The notes under the pieces: model-generated | Told to the model about the DNA's origin: nothing | Databases searched by the model: none | The model's input: the letters and a program-made list of their open reading frames with translations, nothing else | Shown: in pieces, positions 13,212 to 26,102 of the stretch | Numbering within the stretch: position 1 is the stretch's first letter | Layout: every line of letters begins with the position of its first letter | Position numbers and translations under genes: made by a program | Source: Octopus sinensis | Taxonomy: Eukaryota | Assembly: GCF_006345805.1 (NCBI RefSeq) | Contig: NC_043001.1 | Location: forward strand, 52,018,001-52,082,000 | Length of the DNA: 64,000 bases | Direction: 5' to 3'

Positions 13212-13599
13212 ATTTATCCAGGTAACCTGGTAAAGTGGTGTTCAAAGACCATGCATTATTTAAGAAAATATAGCTTTTCGTAGCTGAATGCCTTTAGGCA
13301 GCAGTGAGACGATTTCCACACATCGCAGTGCAAAAGGGCAATGTGTAACACAACTGTAAACGTCATATGCGTGTATGTGTGTGTTTGTATGTATGTATGT
13401 ATGTACACACACACACACACACACATATATATGTATGCGTATGTACACGCAGACACACATGCACATGCGTGCATACACACATACCCAGATATGTATATAG
13501 CTGTCTTAGTCTTTACTGAATTGTATGCGTTTCGATCGATTGATTCTTATAACTGAGGTGCTACACAAATTGATGCGAATAACATTAACGCCCAACCAC

Positions 13600-13735
13600 T
13601 GCTTTTGGTGTCTGAAAGGACCTGTTTTCAACCCAGATATACAAGACTGAACTTGAACTCAGACAGCAAGCAGTGGGAACATATTCTAAAAAGCATCTCA
13701 TCCAATGCTTTAACTATTCTGCCAGTCTACTACTT
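13600..13735 (-). mobile_element. Degenerate tRNA-derived SINE head
   Basis: Reverse complement reads ctggcagaatagttaaagc...ctgagttcaagttc, like the 8293 family. Confidence 0.5.
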
Positions 13736-14071
13736 CGGAATGCTACATTATTTATCGGTATTGAAAATATATGATACTAACTTGAGGGCAGTGGGATATG
13801 AATATCAAGGGCAGGGAATGGAATAAATAACGCATCTCATTCTACCTGACACTTTAACGAATCTACTAATTTGCTGGGTTATGTATATTTAGCTAACATG
13901 CTAACGTACATATCTGTCTAGCTATTGAGTGACACACGGAATGATGGGCGGATGTTGCGGCGTTCACTGTGACGTTCGTTACGCCAACTAGCGTTGGGAC
14001 ATCTGAAGCTGACTCGTAAACCGAATTTTCGCTGTCCCGAAATTCTTTAGTTGGGACACTATTATATTATG

Positions 14072-14104
<33 letters not shown>

Positions 14105-14106
14105 TA

Positions 14107-14161
<55 letters not shown>

Positions 14162-14182
14162 TATGTTATATATATATATACG

Positions 14183-14250
14183 ATTTTGATTTTGATTTTG
14201 ATTTTTCTAGTTTCAGCTAATGAGCTGTGGCCATGCTGGGGCACCGCCAT
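14183..14250 (-). mobile_element. Extreme 3' stub of a CR1-like LINE with (AAAATC)n tail
   Basis: Reverse complement ggcggtgccccagcatggccacagctcattagctgaaactag nearly matches the 3' end of the CR1 fragment at 33905-33960. Confidence 0.75.
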
Positions 14251-14278
14251 TTAAGAAATTATACTGCGCTGCCGTGAC

Positions 14279-14385
<107 letters not shown>

Positions 14386-14389
14386 AATA

Positions 14390-14707
14390 GTTAAAGAGAG
14401 CAACAAATCATTCGGTCACATTTGTCCCATATCTCTAAGTTTAAGGAAATTTACCATAAACCCTTTTGCACATAATCATTAAATTTACGAAGGAATTCAG
14501 GTTTTTCGGTAATTTTTTGAATTTTGTTCATGTGGGGTAAAATGTGACACCCGACATCATGGTTCAAATTTGTGCAAAAACTATTTCTTTGTCTAAGGAA
14601 CTGCCGTACCAAGCTTGAGCATAATTGGTCTACTTGTTTTCAAATACATAGAAGACAAACGGACAAACAAACAACCGTACAAACAGCCAATTTTATATAT
14701 GTAGAGA
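14390..14707 (-). mobile_element. Non-autonomous Helitron-type element, 5' portion
   Basis: Minus-strand start a|TCtctacatatataaaa, then (GTTT/GTCC)n and ccaattatgctcaagcttgg. Same layout as the 31723 and 35769 elements. 3' CTAG end not found. Confidence 0.55.
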
Positions 14708-15454
14708 TGGTTCTTTCGATTTTCTCTTATTTTCTCTTTTAATTTCTTTTTTCTGTTGGTTTACTCTCTTGTTACTGCACTTATTCCCCATTTTTGTCCT
14801 ACTTATTCTCCATCTTGTCCTACACTTATTCCCGATTTTCCAAGTCGTCGTCATCATCATCATTTTCCATGCACTTTGTTTTTCTTTTCTGCTTTTAAGC
14901 TTTACACTTCCATAAACCGACCCATATACACACCTCTTCCACCTTCTTCCTGATCCCCTCCTTGTACTACTAATGTTTTTTTTCTTATATCTCACTAAAA
15001 CGCAAAAATATCTTTTTTCGATAATTATCATTTTCTCTTTCTCCATTTTTTTCTCTTTTCGTCTCTTTCTTTTCTATCAAAAAAATCTCACACACATCTA
15101 CCACATTCTCCACATTCCTTTTACCTTCCTTTTCATCTGCCATCTTCACACTGTCTCACTATTTCCTCACTTAATACGATTACACGAACATACCAACTGC
15201 TCACACCCTCGCTGTTCTACGCCACTACACACCTACATCTGCACGCATCTGTACATACACAGCACATTCAGAACCACAACACTTTCCCTCCGTCCATCTC
15301 AATACACGGATCCATTCCTATATGTGCACCTCTCCCTGTATTTCAATCGTAACATCCCCATAGAACTGCTTTCTAACCTAACCCCTAACTCCCGTTTCTT
15401 CTTTCTCTAATGACTTCTCGTTTATTTTTTCCCATTATTTTTCTTCACAGTGTT

Positions 15455-15490
15455 TCTTCTGATGAAGGACTAGCATTCGAAGCGTAAAGA
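15455..15490 (+). ncRNA. Degenerate minimal type I hammerhead ribozyme motif (Penelope-type)
   Basis: tctt-CTGATGA-a-gga(ctagca)ttc-GAAG-cg-TA-aaga. Stem I is tctt/aaga. One core change (GAAA to GAAG). Confidence 0.55.
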
Positions 15491-15579
15491 CATTTTCCTT
15501 TTCTTTAAGTGTTAAACTAATACCACATTTATTTAAACAATCACATACACACACACACACACACACACGTATACATACG

Positions 15580-15765
<186 letters not shown>

Positions 15766-15952
15766 ATAGTAAATAGGGTAATTAAAAATACATAATTATT
15801 ACCAGTGAAAAGACGAATTAGTTATTAGACTATATATTATTCATATAGAAATACATTAAAAGGCTTCCAAACAAGGAAGCGCTGTGCTAGACACAAAAAG
15901 GGATAAATTCAGGAAAGGAATGCAAATCAAAAACGTTTACTATCTCAGTTAA

Positions 15953-16049
15953 TCCTATACCGACGGTTTCATCTGTTTTAGCAAAAAAATCTGATTTAGC
16001 AAAAAAAAGAAACAGAATTTATCTGCTAAGGCCAGAATCATCAGTAGGA
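15953..16049 (-). ncRNA. Type I hammerhead ribozyme motif, left arm
   Basis: Reverse complement of the 16202-16292 motif. Confidence 0.7.
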
Positions 16050-16201
16050 AGCCTTTGTAATCCTAGATGTGCAGACCGTTAGAAGCACATGCAAATCTAA
16101 CGATCTGTATACCCTAACTTTTCAGACCAGTGCGCAGGGTATACAGATCGTTAGATTTGCATGTGCTTCTAACGGTCTGTACATCTAGGATTACAAAGGC
16201 T

Positions 16202-16292
16202 TCCTACTGATGATTCTGGCCTTAGCAGATAAATTCTGTTTCTTTGCTAAATCAAATTTTTTGCTAAAACAGATGAAACCGTCGGTATAGGA
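16202..16292 (+). ncRNA. Type I hammerhead ribozyme motif, right arm
   Basis: tccta-CTGATGA (16207-16213)-ttctg...cagat-GAAA (16275-16278)-cc gtc gg-TA-tagga. 5 bp stem I, long stem II with a U.U closing mismatch, GUA cleavage triplet. Confidence 0.7.
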
Positions 16293-16374
16293 TTAACTGA
16301 GATGGTAAACGTTTTTGATTTTCATTCCTTTCCTGAATTTATCCCTTTTTGTGTCTAGCACAGCGCTTCTTTAT

Positions 16375-16573
16375 TTGAGTACCGCTGGCGATTTTTTTCC
16401 TCTGTCTTCCCTTCTCGGGATCTTTCCTTCTCCTATGTTTCCGACGAAGAGCTCCGCTCGAAATGTTAAACCTTCCTTCTTCCCTTCTTTCCTGAGCGTC
16501 CAATAATACTTTATTTGTTCTACGTCCTCGCGTTGTTGTGTCTCTTTTGTTTTTTGTGTTTTCTTGTTTAGAT

Positions 16574-16577
<4 letters not shown>
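16375..16577 (+). mobile_element. Second Penelope-like pseudo-LTR fragment with a decayed hammerhead (16437-16471)
   Basis: gttt-CcGACGA-a-gagc tcc gctc-GAAA-tg-TT-aaac. Stems I and II pair; one core and one stem III substitution. Ends at (TA)n. Confidence 0.55.
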
Positions 16578-16660
<83 letters not shown>

Positions 16661-16829
16661 TATATACATATATATACATATATATAAACATACATATATA
16701 TATATATATGTATGTGTATCTATCTATCTCTCTATATATACGCACACATATATGAATATATATATACCTATATATATGTTAAAGGTAATGCTATGCTATT
16801 TCGTAATAATACTTATTATTATTATACAT

Positions 16830-16860
<31 letters not shown>

Positions 16861-16889
16861 CGCATGTGTGTGTGTGTGTGCATGTGTGT

Positions 16890-17170
16890 CTAGACTATGG
16901 TGGAACACCATGCTGCTTTACCAGGATTACAGTATTGTGCGGATTATCTTCAAAAGGATTAATTCAACCATTCTAATTCTGATGATACTGCGACTGTTCC
17001 CGTTTATTTGAGCCTGATGCGACAACATTTTAGTCCAAGCATTTGAGATGATGTTGAAGATGTGGAGTTTTATTTCCAATAAGGTGAGGCACCCTCACAC
17101 TACCATATGCTTGATTAGACTTTACCAAACAGCTGTATCGACGAAGAGGCTCAGTAGATTACCCTCATAC
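16890..17170 (-). mobile_element. Possible very old RTE-like LINE remnant
   Basis: Minus-strand YSCLVKSNQAYGSV...HHLKCL weakly recalls the RTE C-terminal YRAVVLS.LLYGSE...FHLRCL pattern. Confidence 0.25.
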
Positions 17171-17579
17171 CACTAGCCTTATTTTTATAGTAATACATAG
17201 ATTACATATTTTACAGTGCAATCGATGAATTGCAGGTAGCTATTAAAAGAGAAAATTTACAACTACTGATTATATAATTATTCAATATATGTATACGCAT
17301 TTTGGACGCCCAGTATATAAACAGATATGCATACATACACACACACACATCAAAACTCAAACATACAAACGCACACAGAGACGCACACACCTATACATAT
17401 ATATGTGTGTGCGTGTGTGTGCGTGTGTGCGTGCGTGTGTGTGTATGCTTGTACATATATATATACAGGGTGTCCAAAATACGTATACACATACACACAT
17501 ATACACATACATATATATACATATGTTTGCGTGTGTGTAGGTTTGTCTGTCTGTGTGCGTGTAATTTTTTAAATATATG

Positions 17580-17945
17580 TTTCTTTATTGATCACAAGGG
17601 GCTCAACATAGATGGGATAAACAAAGGGTTTAAGTCGATTACCTCGACCCCAGTGCATAACTAGTTCCTATTTAATCGCCCTGAAAGAATGAAAGGCAAA
17701 GTCAACCCGGCAGAATTTGAACTCAGAACGTAACGGCAAACGAAATACCTATTTCTATTTCTTTACTACCCACAAGGGGCTAAACACAGAGAGGACAAAC
17801 AAGGACATACACACGGATTACGTCGATTATATCGACCCCATTGCGTAACTGGTACTTATTTAATCGACCCCGAACGGATGAAAGGCAAAGTCGACCTCGG
17901 CGGAATTTGAACTCAGGACGTAAAGGCAAACGAAATACCACTGAG
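17580..17945 (-). mobile_element. Two tandem partial tRNA-derived SINE copies (17580-17750 and 17755-17945)
   Basis: Both contain gaaaggcaaagtc(a/g)acc..ggc(a/g)gaatttgaactcag, the reverse complement of the 8293-family core. Confidence 0.8.
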
Positions 17946-18346
17946 TATTTTGTGCACAGGCACACAAAAAACTCACGCAGACACAGAAACTCACACACAC
18001 ACACACACACACTCACACAAACGGAAATAGGCGTTTCACACCGCATTGTTCAAATCCACTCAAATGAAAACAGCTGTGCAACTGCATTGAGACTCTTTGC
18101 TGATTATTAGAGCAAAATTAATGCCTTGCAAAGTGACGACAGCAACCTCTCCTGATAGATATGGTACATTAGATAATAATGAAAACTGAAGACAACAATA
18201 ATGCATAGGTAGCTGTCTGTGTGTGCGTGTGTGTGTATATGTGTTCATACAGTGAGGAATGCACACTTGTATATATATAGATATATACACGTGTGCATTC
18301 ATCACTGTACATACATACATAGACACATTCATATTTTGTGTAAATA

Positions 18347-18430
<84 letters not shown>

Positions 18431-19033
18431 GTATGTATGTATGTATGAATGCATGCATTTCTCTCCCCCCGCCTCGCACAAACATAGAACTTTAGGTTAT
18501 TGATAGATAAAACATTGTACATTTTCTCATTTTCTTGACTTGCTATCTTGTTATGGTCGGTGGAGAAGAAAATATATTTACGGAAATAGTTTTCCTATTG
18601 TTTGTCTGCTAGTTATAGGGCATGCTCATCCATAATAAAACGTCATGGACGCTGTATGGCTCCAATTAACATGACTTTTTCGAAGTCAGTCAGGGATATT
18701 TCACATAGAAGTAATGGATTTTCTTATAGTTACATCTATTGTTGTACATAATTAAAAATGGAATCACACTGAGAGAAATATTGCTATTGTTTGATGGGAA
18801 GAATCATGAAAAAAAAAATAATGAAAAATTAATTGTGAGAAATGTAATAAATTTCCTAAAGCCTTCGGATTAACTCCAAGTCCAGCCTGTTGTTACAGAC
18901 CTATGATCGAAAGCAATCGATTTATGACCATCTTACATTTTCAAGAATATCTAGTACTGAATTGGTGATGACCTTTCATATTTGAAGGCTATTTCAATGC
19001 TATGTATGTTTGTGTATATTGCTGAATATACAA

Positions 19034-19103
<70 letters not shown>

Positions 19104-19104
19104 T

Positions 19105-19209
<105 letters not shown>

Positions 19210-19213
19210 TAGA

Positions 19214-19496
19214 GGCGCAATGACCCAGTGGTTAGGGTAGCGGACTCGCGGTCGTAGGATCGCGGTTTCGATTTCCAGACCGGGCGTTGTGAGTGTTTAT
19301 TGAGCGAAAACACCTAAAAGCTCCACGAGGCTCCGGCAGGGGGTGGTGATCCCTGCTGTATTCTTTCACCACTCTTTCTTCTGTTGCTCTGCTCGTTTAG
19401 CCAGCGGGGTGGCGTCATTCGAAGGCTAAAACAATGCGAACGCATTGTGACCAGCGATGTGTAACTACATCTGATGGACTGGTCGGTCACGTGATT

Positions 19497-19502
<6 letters not shown>
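19214..19502 (+). mobile_element. tRNA-derived SINE, second family
   Basis: tRNA-like head ggcgcaaTGACCCAGTGGttaggg...GGTTTCGATTTCC with A/B-box-like motifs, then a ~220 bp unrelated body, set in (TA)n. Confidence 0.75.
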
Positions 19503-19534
<32 letters not shown>

Positions 19535-19680
19535 TGTGTATATATATATATACACACAGGCACACACTCATATCATGCGTATATACATACATATAGCTGT
19601 CTCTCTCTTTCTCTCTCCACCATTCTGTCTCCTTTTCTCTATTTCTATTTCCCCCCTCTCACTCTCTCAATATATATATA

Positions 19681-19967
19681 CAGTGGCGGCCAAAATGTTC
19701 AGAACGGCATTGTTTTCGTCGGAAAAGTAGATATAATTTCTTATCAAAGTTGTTTTATATTCTATAATTTTCACAGACAATAAATACAATATTATTTGTT
19801 ATTGCCTGAGATTTTGGTGTAATGTGAGAGGATAATACAAAAGTGGATGATTTAGTGATTTACTGCAAAACCCATGGCGGCCAAAATGATCAGAACGCTT
19901 GAAAAAATAAAATAATCAAAAATGACAGAGAATACTGGAATTATTTAATATTTAGTGTGAAGCCCTT
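19681..19967 (-). mobile_element. Orphan right end of the Tc1 element, in inverted orientation
   Basis: Reverse complement of 22805-23095, including the transposase stop region (gggcttcacactaaatattaa). Preceded by TA. Confidence 0.9.
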
Positions 19968-21291
19968 CCTCTCATCCATCAACGAGAGTCTTATGATCAG
20001 ATTCTTTCCAACCGTCATCATGCTGTATACAGTAAACTCAGAACTCTAATATCCAACCTATCCTTTTCTAAAATTGTTGGGTACTATTTGACGGAAATTT
20101 GTCTACAATTTCCGGAAGATCGAACGACCACGTAAAGGCTCGCGAAATGATGATGAACTATTTACCACTATTTATTTATTTCACCAGGTTCGTTGAATTG
20201 CTGAGACAAAATCCCGAATGGATAGGGAACGTTTGAAGAAAATGTTGAAGTGTCTCCAATGCACTACACCAGCGCTTTGTAAACCTTACAAGAATGCCAC
20301 CCTTGTCCTCACTAATGATAGCCGATATGCTTATCTTCAATGTTTAAAAATGAAAATAAAATTTAATTACAATATGGAAAGCTATATTCTTCATTAAATT
20401 GAGATATTTACAGGTTGTGATAAACTTTAAGAAATGATACAGTACATTTATGTTTCGCACAAAACCAGATTGACGAAAATTTCGCCAGTTTTTTCATTCT
20501 GATGCTCCGTAATATTAGGTATTCTGTACAAAACTAACCTCAGGCTTGGAGCTGTTTCTTTTTGCCTGACACGTAATATATATTTACACAACGGTATTTA
20601 TTATAAAAGAAGCTTATAAATTATGCAGCTGTTAAATGGACCCTTTTGGGTTCTGCTGGTGAGTATAAGCATGCATAGTATAAGCACACATCGTTATAAT
20701 TTTAATCTGTGAGTATGAAAAATTAATGATAAAATATTCTGATCTTAAATTATGATTTTAATTTTTTAAAATATCATATCACATAAATTGATAGAATTTT
20801 AAGTATGTTCCTGAAACATGATATAAATCTTAAATTTCAATAAAAGCCCTGCAAAAGAACTCGGAAGGTTGGGTCTCCAACCAGCCCTTTCCCGACACCC
20901 TTGAAACCAGGAACTTTTTGGAACATCCTCATATTCTTGCACGGCGAACCAACCTTGAAACTTTTTTGTTAGTATAGCAAGCATAGTTTAAACTGTGGTG
21001 TGAAGTGAAGAACATTCATATTGCCTGCTTTTGTTGCATTTTCCACGGTTGAGGTTCAGAACCGTACTGATTCCTCTGATACTAAGTTAATTGCATTAAG
21101 AAGTCTAGTACTGATCTGTAAAGGACTACATACATGCATCTACTCGAAAATACACGCACAAAAGCACATATATGCACACATTAACACAAGAATATATACA
21201 TTCAAACAACCATGCATATTACATATGTATACACATAGAAATACGTATATACATACAGACAAACACACACACACACACATATGTATACATA

Positions 21292-21460
21292 TCTATACGA
21301 CGGGTTTCTTTCAGTTTCCGTCTGCCAAATCAACTCACAATGCTTTGGTCGGTCCGAGGCATTAGTAGAAGACACTTGCCCAAGGTGCCAAGCAGTGGGA
21401 CTGAATCCGGAACCATGTGTTTGGGAAGCAAGCTTCTTACCACATAGCTACTCCTGCGCT
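21292..21460 (-). mobile_element. tRNA-derived SINE, third family (cttgggcaagtgtcttctact core), 5' half
   Basis: Matches 40590-40755 and 60880-61020. Confidence 0.8.
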
Positions 21461-21466
21461 TATATA

Positions 21467-23095
21467 CAGTTGCGGCCAAAATGTTCAGAACGGCATTGTT
21501 TTCGCCAGAAAAGTAGGTATATGCTTTTATCCAGGTTGTTTTATATTCTATAATTTTAACAGACAATAAATACAATATTAGTTGTTATTGTTTGAGATTT
21601 TGGTGTAATTTGAGAGGATAATACAAAAGTTATGGATGATTTAGTGATTTACTGCAAAACGCATGGCGGTCAAAATGATCAGAACGGTTGCTTTTACTCC
21701 ATGTTTTAATATATTTAACCGGCGAACTCTAATGTTTTGAATTTGTTTACGTGACGGTTCGTTTTCTAAACATTAGTAATAATATCTGCAGTGTATAATA
21801 TAATGCCACTTACTCCGTTATCAATTCGTCAGCAGATTATTAAGCTCCGAAAGAAGCATATTTTAAGTATTGGGTCTATTGCAAAGATTGTTAACAAGTC
21901 AAAAAGTGTTGTTCACGGTATTCTTAAGGCCTTCGATGATTGTGGTTCGTGTGAAGCAAGAAAGGCTACAGATAGGCCAAGAAAAACGACCAAGAGAGAA
22001 GATCATGCTATGGCAAAATTGGTTAAAAAGGACAAATTTAAAACTGCTGCTGCTGTTTCTCGGGAAATGAACATTGTACTAAAGAAAACGTTATCTCGAA
22101 AAACTTGTCTCATCGTTTAGTTGAACATAACCTACAAGCAAGATCACCAGCAGTGAAGCCACTGATCAGCTCCAAAAATAAAAAAGTGTCGTCTTACCTT
22201 TGCAACCAAACATGTGTTGTGGTCTCAAGAAAAATGGCAAACGGTGCATTTCAGTGATGAATCTAAGTTTATGTTATTTGGCTCAGATGGGAAAAGGTAC
22301 GTTCGTTGAAAAGTAGGTGAAAAATTGTCGCCTAAATGCCTTAAGACTAATGTTAAATTCGGTAGAGGAAGTGTCATGGTTTGGGGGATGATATCTGGAG
22401 ATGGTGTGGGCCCTTTGGTGCGATTACATGGAAAGGTAAATGCAGGAGTTTATAAACAACTTGTAAAAGATCATGTCTTGCCTGTGCTGAGAAATTCAAC
22501 TAAGCGGCCACCAAAAGGTTATTATTCATGCAGGACAATGCCCCATGTTACAAGGCTAAGATGGTCATGAACTTCCTCAAGGCTGAAAAGGTTATTATTA
22601 TGGATTGGCCTGCTCAAAGCCCAGATCTCAATCCTATTGAAAATGTGTGGAATATTCTAGGAGAACGTTCGAAAGCCAGAAATCCTAAAACAACTGAGCA
22701 ATTATGGAATGCCCTTCAGGAAGAATGGAATAAGATCACCTAGCAAGAAATTGAAAATTTAATTTCCCCATGCAGTCGAAGATGTCAAAGTGTGATTGAA
22801 GCTAAAGGGCTTCACACTAAATATTAAATAATTCCAGTATTCTCTGTCATTTTTGATTATTTTGTTATTTTTTCAACGATTCTGATCATTTTGGCCGCCA
22901 TGGGCTTTGCAGTAAATCACTAAATCATCTACAACTTTTGTATTATCCTCTCAAATTACACCAAAATCTCAGACAATAACAATTACTATTGTATTTACTG
23001 TGTGAAAATTATAGAATATAAAACAACTTTGATAAAAACTTATATCTACTTTTCTGACGAAAACAATGCCGTTCTGAACATTTTGGCCGCCACTG
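21467..23095 (+). mobile_element. Tc1-family DNA transposon with complete ends and ~220 bp IR/DR-type TIRs
   Basis: ta|cagttgcggccaaaatgttcagaacg ... cgttctgaacattttggccgccactg|ta. An inner direct repeat ggcgg(c/t)caaaatgatcagaacg occurs in each TIR. TA flanks. Confidence 0.95.
21803..22827 (+). pseudogene. Tc1 DD34E transposase pseudogene
   Basis: HTH N-terminus (ORF 21791..22120), VHFSDESKF, GSVMVWG, QDNAPC, WPAQSPDLNPIEN (34 residues between D and E) and KGLHTKY*. Several frameshifts and stops. Confidence 0.9.
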
Positions 23096-23134
23096 TATAT
23101 ATATATATATTGATATATCTGAAGGAATAATATT

Positions 23135-23904
23135 AAAATTAATCAAAGGACATACTAAGTATGTCTGTCTGCTGGAAATGACAGTCAAAGTTCTTAGTTA
23201 AATCGCCAAAATTAGACTGATGATAAATACAGAAGTCAACAGAAAGCAGATCAGGTTAATAAAATCTATCAACGTACATTTAAGTATAAGGACTCACGTA
23301 GACCGGTTTCTGTACTGGCAAAATAAATAAATCAATTTTTAAAAATTAATTTGAATAAATTACCTTAACGTCTTCAGTACGTGTTACCACGATGATATCC
23401 CCTCAACTACTAATATCGAAATCAGCGTTGCAACTGAATCGCTTTGAGCTGAATTCAGATTACAGTCATCAGTGAAAATACACTTTATATACAGAGGCAA
23501 ATACTTCCCGAGAAAAAATATAATTCTCGAAAATTAATTTGCCAGGATATTATTAAATGTTATCATCAGTAATGTCTATTTTAAAAATATAATAACAGAA
23601 TTATTAATATAGGCGATCGCAGGCCCAAGATGACATTAAATAACTGAAGAATTAAAAGTAAAATTAATCAAAGGACATACTAAGTATGTCTGCCTGCTGG
23701 AAATAACAGTCAAAGCTCTTATTTGAATGGTCAAAAATACACTGATGATAAGTGTATTTTATTAATCAGCTTCGGGTTGATTTCTGTAGATATCATTAAT
23801 TATTTTTTAAAATACCCATTCCAGATGATAACAGAATTAATATCTTAGCAAAATAATTTTCGAGAATTATATTTTTTCTCGTGAATTGTTTGCCCCTGTT
23901 TATA
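23135..23904. repeat. Interleaved direct (23135-23228 / 23660-23752) and inverted (23486-23592 / 23796-23904) repeats
   Basis: aaaattaatcaaaggacatactaagtatgtctg occurs twice. gagaaaaaatataattctcgaaaatta and its reverse complement also occur. Confidence 0.75.
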
Positions 23905-24033
23905 TATATGTTTGATTTGCATAATAGTGGTTTTGTCTCTAATTAATATTATATAATATTTTACTATAAAATTGGATTCAATCCTAAATCTGATTTTTCC
24001 CTGTAAATTTGGATTTATTCCCTAATATTTATT

Positions 24034-24077
<44 letters not shown>

Positions 24078-24743
24078 TATATATTCATATATAAATATAG
24101 GATATATATATATATATCTTTCTATTTATCTATCTATCTATATATGTATGTGTATGTATGTATATATATGTGTATGTGTGTGTGTGTGTTTAGTACATGC
24201 ACCTATATACTTATAAATACATACATAAAGCGTGTTATGTAGGAAAAAATGCATAAGGAAATACAAAAATAAATAAACGGATAGATAAAAAAAATTCTTC
24301 CTTACCTTAGAAATCTATGAATCTGAATATTAATGATACGTCAAATCTACCTCGCGTAATCTGATGCAAAGTGCGCACGTCCACGCACCGCACACATGCA
24401 AAATACGCACGGAAATACATACCACACGCAAGCGCACACAAACACACAAAGGCACAAATGCACACAAAATACAAACATGATACATACATAGACACGGCAG
24501 AAAAAATGGCACACACATTTTTATACAAAATCCACTTGCTCTACGTTTCTTCGGGTAACGCAAAAATCTGATGTAAGTACTTATTCCTAAAATCCATACA
24601 CTATTCCAGCGAAACCTAATTTCATAATTGAAACTTATAAACACATTCACGTTCAGATGCACCCAGATGTGCTTTTGCACATACACATATAAACTTCGCC
24701 ACTCACAAATATATCTACATAGATACGCATATATGCACATAAA

Positions 24744-24789
<46 letters not shown>

Positions 24790-24967
24790 TTCAGCAAAAT
24801 TTAGATTCAGATGAATATGGTACTTAACTTAAAGGCATTAGAATTATGTATGGTATTATCCATATAAATCAAATGGGGTGATTATAATCAAATTAAGCAA
24901 CAAAGATATCCAAGGTAGTGTAGTGGATATATATATATATGTATATATATACTTTTATATACTTTAT

Positions 24968-25012
<45 letters not shown>

Positions 25013-25187
25013 TATATATATTATATATATATATATAGATATATATATTATATAATATATATATATAGGAAATAGTAAAAAGTGAAAAATCTACAGAAGG
25101 CTTGTTTTAAAAGGTAAAAGAATATATATTTAAATCAATATGTCTGAAGAATATTATAAATTTTTTTGTTACAATGACATAGTTTAG

Positions 25188-25460
25188 AAGAAAGACCGGT
25201 TTCGCCTTTAGCTTTTCAAATTTCTTACGTCGTTATGTTTATGTTGAGGAGAGTTATCGTTATGTTTATGTTGAAAAGAGTTCTAAATAAGGGGAGGTAA
25301 TAAGTGATTTCTTCCGGTGTAAGGGAGATAATCGCTTAAAATTTTTTTCCTTTCCTTTGGGGTGAATTTCTCTGTATAAGTATGTTGGAATGGTTAAGTC
25401 TGGGCTTGTACTTTTCAATGAAGAATGTTTCCTTGTTTAGTCTAGTTTGTGTTTTTCACT
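25188..25460 (-). mobile_element. Penelope-like element 3' end: GIY-YIG C-terminus plus a decayed hammerhead at 25188-25226
   Basis: Minus-strand TRLNKETFFIEKYKPRLN, then aagaaa-tTTGAAAA-gct aaa ggc-GAAA-ccgg-TC-tttctt. Confidence 0.6.
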
Positions 25461-26102
25461 TTTTACTATTTTCTATATATTCAACTACGTGCTTTCACAA
25501 ACCAACTTTCTTATATATATATATATATATACACTTTTCTGTACAAATACATACTTTATATACCTACATATATAAAAGAAACATATGCATGCTACTCACT
25601 ATTTAATACCTATCACAGACAATATATTCAGTTTTAGACAAACCATGATGTATAACAGCAGTATCACAGACCTAACTGTTCATAGCTATCACTTGTAAAA
25701 GTAAGACACTCAACTTTGCATAGGGACGGAGGGAAATAACAGCGATCTGCCATAACAGTATAGTATTTGTATTACGTTTCTAAAATTTCGAATTCTTTTT
25801 CATAATCGTGTCTTTAGCAAAATGATCAATGGCGTTTCATCAACATAAATTCAGGAGCGTTTTCTCGGTTAGATGAGATGGCTGCCACCAAAATCTTCCA
25901 TTCCACCTTATACAAAATGTTTCTGCATTGCCGATATTGCGGCTGTTGTCTTTCTATTTGGGTTTGAAAACGAAAAAATGTTATTAGCATATGGTAACTG
26001 ATTTTAAAACAATTTGCGGTTAGACCAACACATTTCTTACAGGTAGCAGGGTTTCTAACCATACATTGATATGCTACATCGCTAATTAAAACTATCTCGT
26101 GT

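Larger units (their letters stand above)
15876..16369. repeat. Long inverted repeat (arms 15876-16115 and 16136-16369, 20 nt spacer); probable inverted Penelope-like pseudo-LTR
   Basis: Arms are reverse complements apart from a few substitutions and two A-run indels. Each arm holds a hammerhead motif. Confidence 0.9.

Noticed and set aside
19214-19290. tRNA gene
   Set aside because: Has A/B boxes but no closing acceptor stem and continues into a SINE body.
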